A DNA stretch of 63,539 nt, filler included, from Octopus bimaculoides (lineage: Eukaryota), in the NCBI RefSeq assembly GCF_001194135.2. It is 4 parts of 4 records of this genome, joined end to end, with 100 filler letters (N's around TTAATTAATTAA, not from the genome) between each part and the next. Parts side by side here need not be neighbours in the genome. Positions count along the whole stretch, not along the records: positions 47,880 to 61,883 come from NC_068999.1; positions 61,984 to 63,539 come from NC_069000.1; 2 more parts are not named here. The stretch is one strand, 5' to 3'. Under the pieces are notes generated by a model, which was given only the letters and a program-made list of their open reading frames with translations, did no database searches and was not told the DNA's origin. Numbering within the stretch: the first letter of the stretch is position 1; each line of letters opens with the position of its first letter. Below are positions 52,343 to 63,539 of this stretch, one piece after another. Position numbers and translations under genes: made by a program.

Positions 52343-53004
52343 TACATATAACCAAATATTTAAATTCGTTACTTGTTTTGAAATATAATGCCATTGAGAT
52401 ATGTTCTTGTAATAAATCAATTTGAAATGTCAATTATGCTCTATCGATTTCATACTAAATCATTTTAAACTCACTATTTTATTGTTATCGAGTTCAAAGT
52501 TGTCAAGTTAAAGGTGGAAAAAGCAAATTCAAGTGATTTCATTTTATAAATTCAATAACGGAACGTAAAATATCGAAAAATGATCGCTGTATCGACCAAT
52601 GATTTAGTCAGAAGACTGTTATTAAATGCATTACTCAATCTTGGTTTTCAACTCTCTGTAATGGAGACGTGAGTCTTGGAGATGAGCAACCTTACACATG
52701 ACCTTCTACATCGTGTATACATATGTATGTATGTATACACACACATATACATATATACGTATCATATATATATATGTGTGCGTGTGATTAATAAGGGATT
52801 TCTCCAAAACTTTTACCGGTGTGCTCACAGTTAGGTATTCAAAACTGGTTTTTCAATGGTTAGCATATATAAACCCAGTCGAAACATATGTAGGTCTCTT
52901 TGAGGCTGTATGTATATATAAATGTGAATTAGATGTAATGCAAATGCTACTTCGTCATAACCCATATCTATTATTATCCTTATTATTATTATTATTTTAT
53001 GTTT

Positions 53005-53098
53005 GACTTTTGCTTTGCATTTGTACAAGTTGGATCCAAGTCTCACCCAGAAACCTCAAGAGACAACAAGTTAGAAGTTCATGTAGGTGTTATGCCAC
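53005..53098 (-). mobile_element. 3' end of the (TAA)n-tailed LINE seen at 1-87, flanked by (TTA)n
   Basis: Reverse-complement match to 1-87; microsatellite on both sides. Confidence 0.75.
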
Positions 53099-53099
53099 C

Positions 53100-53157
<58 letters not shown>

Positions 53158-53159
<2 letters not shown>

Positions 53160-53580
53160 GATTCCCGTCTGTCATAAAGGGCCATGGGATTGCATCTAGA
53201 AAGTTACCCTCCAAGGTACAAGACCGGGAAAGTTTGTTTCAGTGGCATACCAGCCTCCTCTCTCTACTCCACCAATGTTAATCCAAGGAAAAGGCACCTT
53301 GGGTTTTAGGGGCCCACGGCTTTTTAATGCTCCCCCAAAGAGCCTGAAAGACCTACACAAAGTGGATGTAGGTGTTTTCAAATCAAAACTGGATCTTTTC
53401 CTGTCGAGAGACCCAGATGAACCTACATCGCTGCAGGAGGCGCAAATAAGGGCAGCGACATCAAACTCACTTATTCACCAAATGTCATATATCAGAAAAG
53501 GTTTTGAATCGTAACAGTGTAGCAAAACGGTGGTGCCCCAGCATGGCCGCAGCTTTCAGCTGAAACTGATGAAAAAAAAA
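53158..53580 (+). mobile_element. CR1-clade LINE 3' end (ORF2 C-terminus, 3' UTR, A-rich tail)
   Basis: GFRGPRLFNAPPKSLKDLHKVDVGVFKSKLDLFLSRDPDEP...RAATSNSLIHQ resembles invertebrate CR1 ORF2 ends; ends CTGAAACTGATGAAAAAAAAA. Confidence 0.8.
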
Positions 53581-54934
53581 CTTAATACATACACATATAA
53601 ATTACATATAAATGTCATTAGTCTGTCTTTTATTTAATAAACATATAACATAGGCGACTTCAAAGGAGGCGCCAGAGAGATTGAAACTAATGATGCACAG
53701 CTCAAATATAGAGATAGAAGATAGACTCACGGTAAACAGTCCACAAGCCGGTTCGTGAGAAACATTTGGATTAATTAACTCTTTGAGAGCTCATCACCGA
53801 AATACAACTTCGCTTTCTTCTTTTCATCTTCAGAAAATACTGCTTCAGTTACAAATATCAACGTTAGACTTTGCCTATAGATATTAAACTTAAAGACGAA
53901 ATCAGGTGAGATGTGGCGGCATTTGGAGTGGCGATGGGTGTTAGTAGGTAGGATCGGTGGCTCTTAAGATGGCTTTTGATATTTCTGTAAATTGGAAGGA
54001 GATGAAATGGAATGCGGTATGCGGCTCCAAAGAACAGTATATATCATGATTAAACGAAACAAAAAAATGAAGTAAAGAATAAAGAAAAAGAGACTCACTT
54101 GAGGATTAAAGATTATTTATGATAGCTGAGAAGTAGCGTGTACAATATATATATATATATATATANNNNNNNNNNNNNNNNNNNNNNNNNNNNNNNNNNN
54201 NNNNNNNNNNNNNNNNNNNNNNNNNNNNNNNNNNNNNNNNNNNNNNNNNNNNNNNNNNNNNNNNNNNNNATATATATACGTGTGTGAGTATGTATGTATA
54301 TATATATACATATATTTATATATATATATATGTATATATGTATGTATATACATGTGTATATATGCATGTATATATGTATAAATATATACATACGTAAATA
54401 CATACATACGTACATACTTATATACATACATATACACATGCAAACACGCACGCGCGTACACCCATCCACACACACATAGAGAAAGATAGATAAATAGATA
54501 GATAGATAGATAGATACAAAGAGAAACAAAGATTTGTTATACATATAAGATTTTACATTATATATCATATACCATATTTTGTAACACACAAACACACGCA
54601 CAGACACACACATACACACACACACAAACACACACATACACGCACACACATATACATAGTCGGTTAATTTAACGTGACTCGGAAGGGACACAATTATAAC
54701 AATTAACAACTTGCAATATATAATAATATATTTGTCTTAAAAAAAATACTCGAACTGAAGAGCAGACGAAAGCTACCCGTGGGACTCGCACAACGCAGCT
54801 CATGTAGCCATAGCTGTTGGGTACACAGTCGCAACAGAGTAACCCTCGATCTCGTTTTCAGTCATCTCCTTCATGATACAACTTCAAATTTCGTATCTAC
54901 ATGGTTTTGATGCACCTATACACGTATACACAGG

Positions 54935-55050
54935 TGTGGCTGTGTGATAAGAAGCTTGCTTTCCAATCACATGAGTCTGTGTTCAGTCCCACTGCGTGGC
55001 TCCTTGGGCAAGTGTCTTCTACTATAATCTCGGGCCGACCAAAGCCTTAT
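54935..55050 (+). mobile_element. SINE family A head fragment
   Basis: GTGGCTGTGTGATAAGAAGCTTGCT..GTTCAGTCCCACTGCGTGGC..TTGGGCAAGTGTCTTCTACTATA..GGGCCGACCAAAGCC. Confidence 0.85.
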
Positions 55051-55137
55051 CACTCTGTCTCTTTCTGTCTCGTAGAAGAAACGTCTGTTTTCTCTGTCCT
55101 CAAGGACGTCTCTCTCTATGCATATATATACACACAC

Positions 55138-55173
<36 letters not shown>

Positions 55174-55645
55174 AATGTGTTCGGGCTAAATTTTTCTATA
55201 TTTTTGCCTCCTTTTATCAGGAGCAGCTCGATGCATTGGCGAACGGTCAGCGGCGTTGGAGACCATTAAGCTGAAAGTTGTAAGTGAAAATGTACGCAGG
55301 AGTTCATTCCTATAACCTTGAACAGGGTCTTAGGCTTAATTCAGACGCTCTTTCTGGAATGCCATATGTATGACAGCAGGTTTTGGTTTCTTGCCATACC
55401 TCCGGAAAGAGCAAGACGTGGTTGTTTGAGGATTTCTAGAGTTACACCCGCTGTAATTCCTGGCCTCATATTACCCCCCATTGTAATCTCATGGATTATA
55501 GTATAGTATAACTTATAATATAATTAATATTCTTCTGATCTTTTGAAAATACCTTTCTTTGTGGGTGGGATATCTTGCTTTCGTTTCCTTTTATACAAAA
55601 TGTCAAGTTTATCCCAAACACTTTGTATATGAACGTATGCATATA

Positions 55646-55837
55646 CAAGGATGTGCTGAAATGTTCCAGGCTTTGCGTAAAAGAAAATACAGGACAGAAA
55701 CTTAATTATGATTTTATTCAACATATTCCCCTCTCAGATTCACACACTTATTGCAGCGGTCCTTCATTTTTTTCTAAGTCCTATAAAAGAACTCGGAAAG
55801 TTGTGCCTCCAGCCAGGAACTTTTGAGCGCACCTTCG
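55646..55837 (-). mobile_element. 192-bp mariner-derived MITE / internal-deletion derivative
   Basis: 27-bp imperfect TIRs (20/27); TA flanks at 55644-55645 and 55838-55839; minus strand keeps the transposase C-terminus GLRKMKDRCNKCVNLRGEYVE*. Confidence 0.82.
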
Positions 55838-56077
55838 TATAATCTGCACTATCTTACGCGTGGACGTTTATGTAATACTGTGCATGGACATACGAATGCT
55901 TCCGGAATAAATCTATAGTTATATATTATGCGAAGAAATTTAATATGTTACTATAGAAACGTCTGGATATACGAACATCTGTACACATAACAAACTAGCT
56001 TAGTTATCTATACTGAGAAACATAGCAGAAGCTAGAACGAACGTGAAGAGAACTGTGACAAAGAATATACATAGTAT

Positions 56078-56389
56078 AATGTTAAAATTGAACTTCATTT
56101 ATCTAATGCACGAACATATATATTTACATAAATCTGCTTCCGCTTTCTAATAAACCACAGTTTATTTTGATGTCTGACCGTAAGAACATACGCGGTTAAA
56201 AAAGAAATTGGAAAACAGTGTTTACGCACATATAGTTATGAAGATGTCACGAACTGGCTTTAAAAAATACAGACAACAACGCTAGCAGACTCATGAACAC
56301 ATACATACACGCATACACACACACACAACGATATAAACATTACTGCAGTCATTTATATATATATGCATAGTACTGTAGGTTTATATCAA

Positions 56390-56427
<38 letters not shown>

Positions 56428-56436
56428 GATATATAT

Positions 56437-56522
<86 letters not shown>

Positions 56523-56914
56523 GTAAATATATATGTGAGAGAGAGAGAGAGAGAGTGTGTGAGTGATTGTTTTATGCGATCGCCCATGTTTCGGTATTTG
56601 TTTGCATATACACTTCGGTGTATATATTTGTATGAACACACAAACATTTTCACATCTGATGTACGAGCCAAGCGTCATATTACTCGAACAAGTCGGTCAT
56701 ATAACTCACTGAATGTCTATATATTTGAGCATTTACTCATATATCAAGACATAAGCACATCAATATACGAAGCCACATGACAGAAATGAACGCCGAGACG
56801 TAAAATATACGCATGCGTCGAAAAGTAAACATTCTACAATGTTCAAATCGAACTTCATTTAGCTAATGCACGCACATAGACATTTACATAAACCTGTTTC
56901 CGATTTCCAATAAA
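56078..56914. repeat. Imperfect 77-bp direct repeat (56078-56154, 56838-56914)
   Basis: AATGTT(A/C)AAAT(T/C)GAACTTCATTTA..CTAATGCACG..ACATA..ATTTACATAAA..CTG..TTCCG..TTTC..AATAAA; 760-bp offset. Confidence 0.75.
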
Positions 56915-57675
56915 TCTCTTTTTATTTTGCCTACTGATCGTGTGAGTATATTTATTATAATAATAATATCACCAAGCAGTTTTGGATTTACATCCTTATA
57001 TGGTGGCTAGGAACTGGTTGATTACATGCTCATCCAGGCGCTTGTGCACACAGACCTGTAGGTATTTGTGTGTACATATATATGTCTCTATATGTGTGCA
57101 TAAATATATTTGCATACGTTTGTACGAACAATATAAATAAATGCGTATAAATGTAAGATTTAACTGTAGGGTTGCATTTATTGACATCTAGATGTAGATA
57201 AATGCATTTTTCTTTAAAGGCAAGTATATACATACATATATAAATCCATGCATCTGAATGTTTCTATGGAAATACATATTTCATTGTATATTATGACATT
57301 CGTTTGACTTAATCTCAGACACCTCGTTGAGTAATCAAGTTTTCCTTTACTATTGTTTGAGTAAGCAACCAGGCGTCACTTGAAGCCCTACTTCAAATGA
57401 AACTCTTAGTAAATTTAAATTTAAATGTATTTACTGACATCTTTCGTTATCGGTAGCTCATCTTTTGTTATTCTTAAAAAATTCCTCTAAATATACAGAA
57501 ACGTGTCTGTGTGTATGTGTGTCACTTTTTATGTGTGTGTGTGTTAGTACGTGTGTGTGCGTATGTATATGTGTGTGCTTAAGAGCGTGACTCTGGGTTT
57601 GTGTGTGTGCATGAATGTGTGTATGTGTGTCTATGTATGAGTTTATACAGATCAATATCCAAACACATACAAGAC

Positions 57676-57725
<50 letters not shown>

Positions 57726-58081
57726 NNNNNNNNNNNNNNNNNNNNNNNNNNNNNNNNNNNNNNNNNNNNNNNNNNNNNNNNNNNNNNNNNNNNNNNNNNN
57801 NNNNNNNNNNNNNNNNNNNNNNNNNNNNNNNNNNNNNNNNNNNNNNNNNNNNNNNNNNNNNNNNNNNNNNNNNNNNNNNNNNNNNNNNNNNNNNNNNNNN
57901 NNNNNNNNNNNNNNNNNNNNNNNNNNNNNNNNNNNNNNNNNNNNNNNNNNNNNNNNNNNNNNNNNNNNNNNNNNNNNNNNNNNNNNNNNNNNNNNNNNNN
58001 NNNNNNNNNNNNNNNNNNNNNNNNNNNNNNNNNNNNNNNNNNNNNNNNNNNNNNNNNNNNNNNNNNNNNNNNNNNNNNNNN

Positions 58082-58146
<65 letters not shown>

Positions 58147-58725
58147 CATATATTTCTCCTGCAATTTGCTTCCATGTATGACATGCTCAGTGCAGCGCTG
58201 CTCGCCATGCATATGTGCAGAACATAACAACGTAATACGTAATATATCAACATGCCACAGAGACTATAAAGTTATGGACGACAAATAAATAAATAAATGA
58301 ATAAATAGATAAATAAATTAATAAATAAGACGTTTTATGAAAGAAACCAAAATAATTGTCCTTTATTGATACAAATGTAGCGAGGATGAGACAAAGCAAA
58401 CAGTCCCTCGCAAGTTTATATCTAATCCTGACTGCTTGTTTAAACATTCACACGTACGGCTATGTTCTAAAGATTCAATTATACTATGTGAGCCTGTAAG
58501 AATATAATACAATTTTCTTAAATTTGTATGCAAAGACATTTTTCTGACAAACTAGACTTGTCGGCAGTGAATGCTAGAAAAAACATAAGAACTATAGAAA
58601 AACGTTCACATATTTATATGAAATAAAATGTGTTATTGTCTGTATGTCTGTAAGTAAATCTATTTCACATTCTAACACATATATGTTAATACACTAGCAC
58701 GTGCACATGTCTATACATTTACATT

Positions 58726-58793
<68 letters not shown>

Positions 58794-59587
58794 AACACAA
58801 ACACACACACACACACACACACCAACATACGCACACACATTTATATTTATATGTATGTATGTATATATATGTGTGTGTGTGTGTATGTTTGCATTTATGT
58901 ATGTATTTATCTATCTGTCTCACTGTCTCTGCCTATCTCTCTCCCCCTCTCTCTCCCCCTCTCTCTTTCTCTCCCTCTATATATGTATATAAACACATAT
59001 GTATGTATATATATGCATATATATATGTATANNNNNNNNNNNNNNNNNNNNNNNNNNNNNNNNNNNNNNNNNNNNNNNNNNNNNNNNNNNNNNNNNNNNN
59101 NNNNNNNNNNNNNNNNNNNNNNNNNNNNNNNNNNNNNNNNNNNNNNNNNNNNNNNNNNNNNNNNNNNNNNNNNNNNNNNNNNNNNNNNNNNNNNNNNNNN
59201 NNNNNNNNNNNNNNNNNNNNNNNNNACACACACACACACATATGTACATAGACAGACATAGAAACTTTTCAAATTACCAGTATTGCCGTATACCGATATA
59301 CATTATGTATGTATGTATTTATATTCATATATATTTGTGCGTGTGTATGTGTGATTGTGTGTATTACAAAAGCATTCGTCGTATACTCAATCTTAAACCC
59401 AATGCACACATGTACACTGTACAACACACACGTAAATATCAATCAATATATATACATGTGTGTGTATATGTATGTATGTATATAATATATATATACGTAT
59501 ATATAATTTATATATGTACACATGTTCATGTTAATATATATATATATATATTAACATATATATACACATATATTTAACATAATTCAT

Positions 59588-59642
<55 letters not shown>

Positions 59643-59778
59643 AATAAATTATCCATTATCGAAGCACTGATGCACACACACAAACACGCACACGCACAAA
59701 CACACACACACACGTATACTTAAGAATATTCTTACTCATACACACATGGAGCAATGTGAATTTCAGAAAGCACATTAG

Positions 59779-59817
59779 AAAATGGCGGCTGTGTTTACAC
59801 AATAATAATGGCGGAAG
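59779..59817 (+). promoter_or_regulatory. Paired YY1-like motifs (AAAATGGCGGC; ATAATGGCGG)
   Basis: Motif match only. Confidence 0.25.
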
Positions 59818-60632
59818 ATTACAAAATGCATCTTCTTCAGTTCTCTTGTTTATATCAAAGTAAATTAGATTTCTGACGTTTGATAGTACATTTTAGTTTA
59901 TTATGGAAACTTGCATTATTAGTTCTCTCCAATGTTATGCCTTCTTATTCATTCATGTGAAATTTTACGAAAACTTGCCTAATCAGTTTGAACAGAATAG
60001 AAATTTGTGCTAACATTCGTAATGGTTTATACACAAGTTTTAGTTCTAATGTTTTTCTTGTGTGATGCCGATGTCGATGTCATATTTGCCAATCTAACAC
60101 AAAATAATGATATCAAATATCTTTTAAAGGAAGCGACATAAAGGTAATTTTCTTTTGTATCATACAGCCACATATAACCACTCACATAATCTCTTACGTT
60201 TGTTTTGTGTGTGTGTGTGTGTGTGGAGAGGGGGGGGGGCGGAGAGATAGAGAAAGATAGAGAGAGAGAGAGGGAGTGAGAGAGAGATTGAGAGACTGAG
60301 AAAACTACAGATACTTAATAAATAGATATACACAACCATACACACACATACATGTACGTATTAAAAGAGGATAGAATCTGATGGAAAAGTGACAATAGAC
60401 AATTCACTTTCCGACATACACACATACATACATACACCCATAGATACATATGAATTATATTGAGACATAAATCCATAAGTATACACATACATGCACTCTG
60501 TATACACATATGTATACACATGCACACTGATGCATACACAGAAATCTGTTTATATGCATATCGGAGTATATGATTGTAGAATTTAAAATGTTACTGCTAC
60601 TTCGGAGTAATCCTTATTTTTAATATTCTTTT

Positions 60633-60888
60633 ACTTGTTTTAGTCATTTGACTGCTGCCATGCTGGAGCACCGCCTTTAGTCAAGCAAATCGACCCCAGG
60701 ACTTATTCTTTGTGAGCCTAGTATTTATTCTATCGGTCTCTTTTGCCGAGCCGTCGGTTGTCAAGCGATGTTGGGAGGACAAACACAGACACACAAACAT
60801 ATACACATACATATATATGACGGGATTCTTTCAGTTTCCGTCTACCAAATCCACTCACAAGGCTTTGGTCGGCCCGAGGCTATAGTGT
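60633..60888 (-). mobile_element. SINE family A, 5'-truncated
   Basis: Tail and body match 9812-10260. Confidence 0.88.
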
Positions 60889-60975
60889 CACCGCTCCTGT
60901 TCCTCGTCGTGCTGGACTGGGTCACCAGGATGGCCTACGCTACCTCCGGTAAAGGTATTCTACCAGCTTACCTCC
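60886..60975 (+). mobile_element. RTE-clade LINE reverse transcriptase fragment
   Basis: SPLLFLVVLDWVTRMAYATSGKGI resembles the RTE RT pattern SP.LF.+++DW++..A....GI. Confidence 0.6.
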
Positions 60976-61814
60976 TTAACTACAACAAAACAACAACAAC
61001 AACAGCAACTATAATAATAATGAAAATAATGATATCAATGACGATGCTGATGATGATGGTGGTTGCGGCGTGTGTTGATGAAGATGATGATAATGATGAT
61101 TATGATGATGATAAATAGCATAAATGAATAATATTAATCATGAAAAAAATTAATATATAGTGTAAAGTTTAGACTTGCACAGTCATCAATTTTTTTCATT
61201 ATTCCATCATTCCATTATTCTAGTAATCTATTATTTCATTATTCCTCTATTCTATTATTTAATTATTCCATTTATGCTTATTCCATCTTTCTGACAAAAA
61301 AAAAAAGATAGAAAGAAAAAGAAAAAATCATTCCCAAGATAATAAAACATAATTATAATTAAAAGCAAATTTATAATTTAATTATAAATATGTTTTATTA
61401 CTCCTGATCAATTTATATTTACTGCGGTATTATTTTGATCTTAAAAGCACATGGTTTGTAGTGAATGAATTTGATTTAAATGGTATATGCGTTTGGATGT
61501 ATATATATTCCTGTGGTGGATATATGTTCGTATGTTCATATGTTCATATTGGTATATATAAATATCTGCATTTATACTCTTCGGGTATATATATATATAC
61601 ATATATACACACAGACAAACATGTGAATACATACGTGGGTGAGTGCGCGCGCGTTTGTATGGTGCTGACTTTCAGTTAACTGAGACTTCTAGATTCTTCT
61701 ATTGGGTGGATTGAGAATAAATTGCATCATGCCAGCGCTAGAAGTTCCGGTTTTCTTGAACTAGTTTGAAAATATTAACCTTCATTTGGTGAATATTTTT
61801 GTGTGTGTGTATAT

Positions 61815-61883
<69 letters not shown>

Positions 61884-61983
61884 NNNNNNNNNNNNNNNNN
61901 NNNNNNNNNNNNNNNNNNNNNNNNNNNTTAATTAATTAANNNNNNNNNNNNNNNNNNNNNNNNNNNNNNNNNNNNNNNNNNNN
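61884..61983. other. Assembly gap with TTAATTAATTAA linker
   Basis: 44N+12+44N. Confidence 0.95.
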
Positions 61984-62470
61984 GCATCATAGCCATGTGT
62001 TGAGAGGAATTCTTTCGGGTTTTAATATTTCACCTTTGGAAACATGGGTGTTTTGCTCAACATCCTTAAACAAACCTTATTCAGGGACCTTTTGAGCGGG
62101 ATGGGCTACTCGACCTGAAGAAAATTCTAACTGGGCCCCACCTGCGAGGTCATGCGCTGTTTATCTTGATATGAGATCACCATGTTGCGTACATATGGTT
62201 GTGATGCATGTGCCTGGTGTACCCTTATCAGACGAGTAGTCATGATGGGTATAATGGGCTTCGTATATTTTACCCCCAGTGTCACTTTGATGACGTGCAC
62301 TGCTCTCTCACTCAATAATAATAATAATAATAGATTGTGATGCCTGTGCCTGGTGTACCTTTATCAGATGAGTAGTCATGATGGGTGTACTGGGATTCGT
62401 ATATTTTATCCGAAGGTCACTTTGATGGGATTGCACTGCTCTCTCACTCAATACTACTAATAATAATTAT
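61984..62470 (+). mobile_element. Two head-to-tail 3' ends of an unidentified (TAA)n-tailed retroelement (to ~62332 and ~62334-62470)
   Basis: TGTGATGC(A/C)TGTGCCTGGTGTACC..TTATCAGA..GAGTAGTCATGATGGG..TTCGTATATTTTA..GTCACTTTGATG..GCACTGCTCTCTCACTCAATA.. occurs twice, each followed by TAA repeats. Confidence 0.7.
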
Positions 62471-63020
62471 TATTTTGTTTTGGCTCAGATTCGATCTTAT
62501 TTCTTGTAGGATTTATGTGGGTAGCCGGTTACAGCCTGTAACTTTAGGTATCCACAAGTCTTCAGCTGTCTTTCAAATGCTAGTAATCCTTACTGTTCCC
62601 AAGAGACAAACTTTCTGTAGGAGCTCTTCCGGGCATTCTATTCCAATCTCCTTCAGCCATTTGTCTATATCTTTGCTTACTGTTCCCAACGCATGAATTA
62701 TTATAGGCACGACCTTTACTGTTATCATGCTCCAAATTCTTACTATTTCAAATTTTAAGGGATTGTATTTCTTTTGTGTTTCTTCCTCTTTCTTTACAAT
62801 CCTGGAATCAAACGGTCGTGATGGATCGATTAGTAAGCAACTTCGTTTCTTCCTTATCTATAATTGTTATTATGCCCGGTCTGTTATTTTCTACCTTCTT
62901 GTCCGTTTGAAAAGGTAAGTCCAACAAAATCTTGCATTTCTGCAACTCCAGTACTCTTTCGATTCGGTAGTTATGCCACGTATTTCCAGCTTCAAATCCC
63001 CATGTCTGGCATAGCTTACA
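62470..63020 (-). mobile_element. Second R4/Dong-like LINE family, RLE domain plus 3' end
   Basis: KILLDLPFQTDKKVENNRPGIITIIDKEKRSCLLIDPSRPFDSRIVKKEEE..KYNPLKFEIVRIWSM..VKVVPIIIHALGTVSKDIDKWLKEIGIECPEELLQKVCLLGT; ends in a TAA-type tail. Confidence 0.88.
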
Positions 63021-63022
63021 GT

Positions 63023-63024
<2 letters not shown>

Positions 63025-63053
<29 letters not shown>

Positions 63054-63539
63054 GGTTCAGTAGTTTTATTTTATTATTATTATTATTCAGTAGTTTTATT
63101 TTGATAACGTGCTTTCACTTCACTACCGAGCGCAGCTCTGTGTGCCTTGGGTATGTGTTGTGGTTTGCTGTGATGCTCTTATGGTTACTGTATTGAAAGT
63201 GTTTAGCATAGGATGTGTGCAGTGCCCAGTAGTGCAATTTTCTCTAATGTTATATATATCTGTAAGTACTGGTGTTTTTGTTATGTATTTGTCTGAATAT
63301 TTTTTATTATACCTAAGGCACCTACTATGATGGGAATTGTTTCTGTTTTAGATTCCACATTCGAGTTACCTCTATTTCCAGGTCTTTGTATTTTGAAAGT
63401 TTCTCCATTTCTTTTAGGGAAACGTTGTCATCTGCTGGTATTGATACATCAATTAGAAAGCATTTTTTTCCTTCATGATCTTTGACAACTATATCTGGTT
63501 TATTGGCCTTAATTTCTCTATCTGTATGTATTGGCATAT
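63025..63539 (-). mobile_element. R4/Dong-like LINE (same family as 21016-21225), RLE domain, 3' UTR and (TAA)n tail; extends beyond the window
   Basis: IHTDREIKANKPDIVVKDHEGKKCFLIDVSIPADDNVSLKEMEKLSKYKDLEIEVTRMW..IVGALG; terminal AAAATAAAACTACTGAA duplicated within TAA repeats. Confidence 0.92.

Noticed and set aside
53834-53905. + strand segment with strong acceptor and CAG|GTGAGA donor
   Set aside because: Stops in all three frames; at most a non-coding exon, with no support.

Overview
AT-rich, microsatellite-saturated, gap-riddled animal scaffold with no intact protein-coding gene that I can recognise. The repeat landscape fits a cephalopod (Octopus-like) genome, which is an inference. 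Identifiable content is almost all mobile-element debris: three abundant tRNA-headed SINE families (here A, B, C); two mellifera-like mariner copies (one full length with 30-bp TIRs and TA TSD); a 192-bp mariner MITE; a Tc1 transposase relic; a decayed Helitron (Rep + PIF1 helicase); several restriction-like-endonuclease LINE ends embedded in (TAA)n arrays; a CR1-type LINE 3' end sharing its tail with SINE A; a Penelope-like RT relic; and an RTE RT fragment. The best finding is a fourth, ~290-bp tRNA-headed SINE-like insert (22447-22742, minus strand) carrying a minimal type I hammerhead ribozyme with a palindromic ACGU helix III, which would have to act as a dimer. Three hydrophobic, stop/frameshift-ridden minus-strand stretches look like class A GPCR relics (low confidence). 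A few splice-bounded open frames may be host exons. The TTAATTAATTAA inside 100-bp gaps is an assembly artefact. SINE boundaries are approximate.
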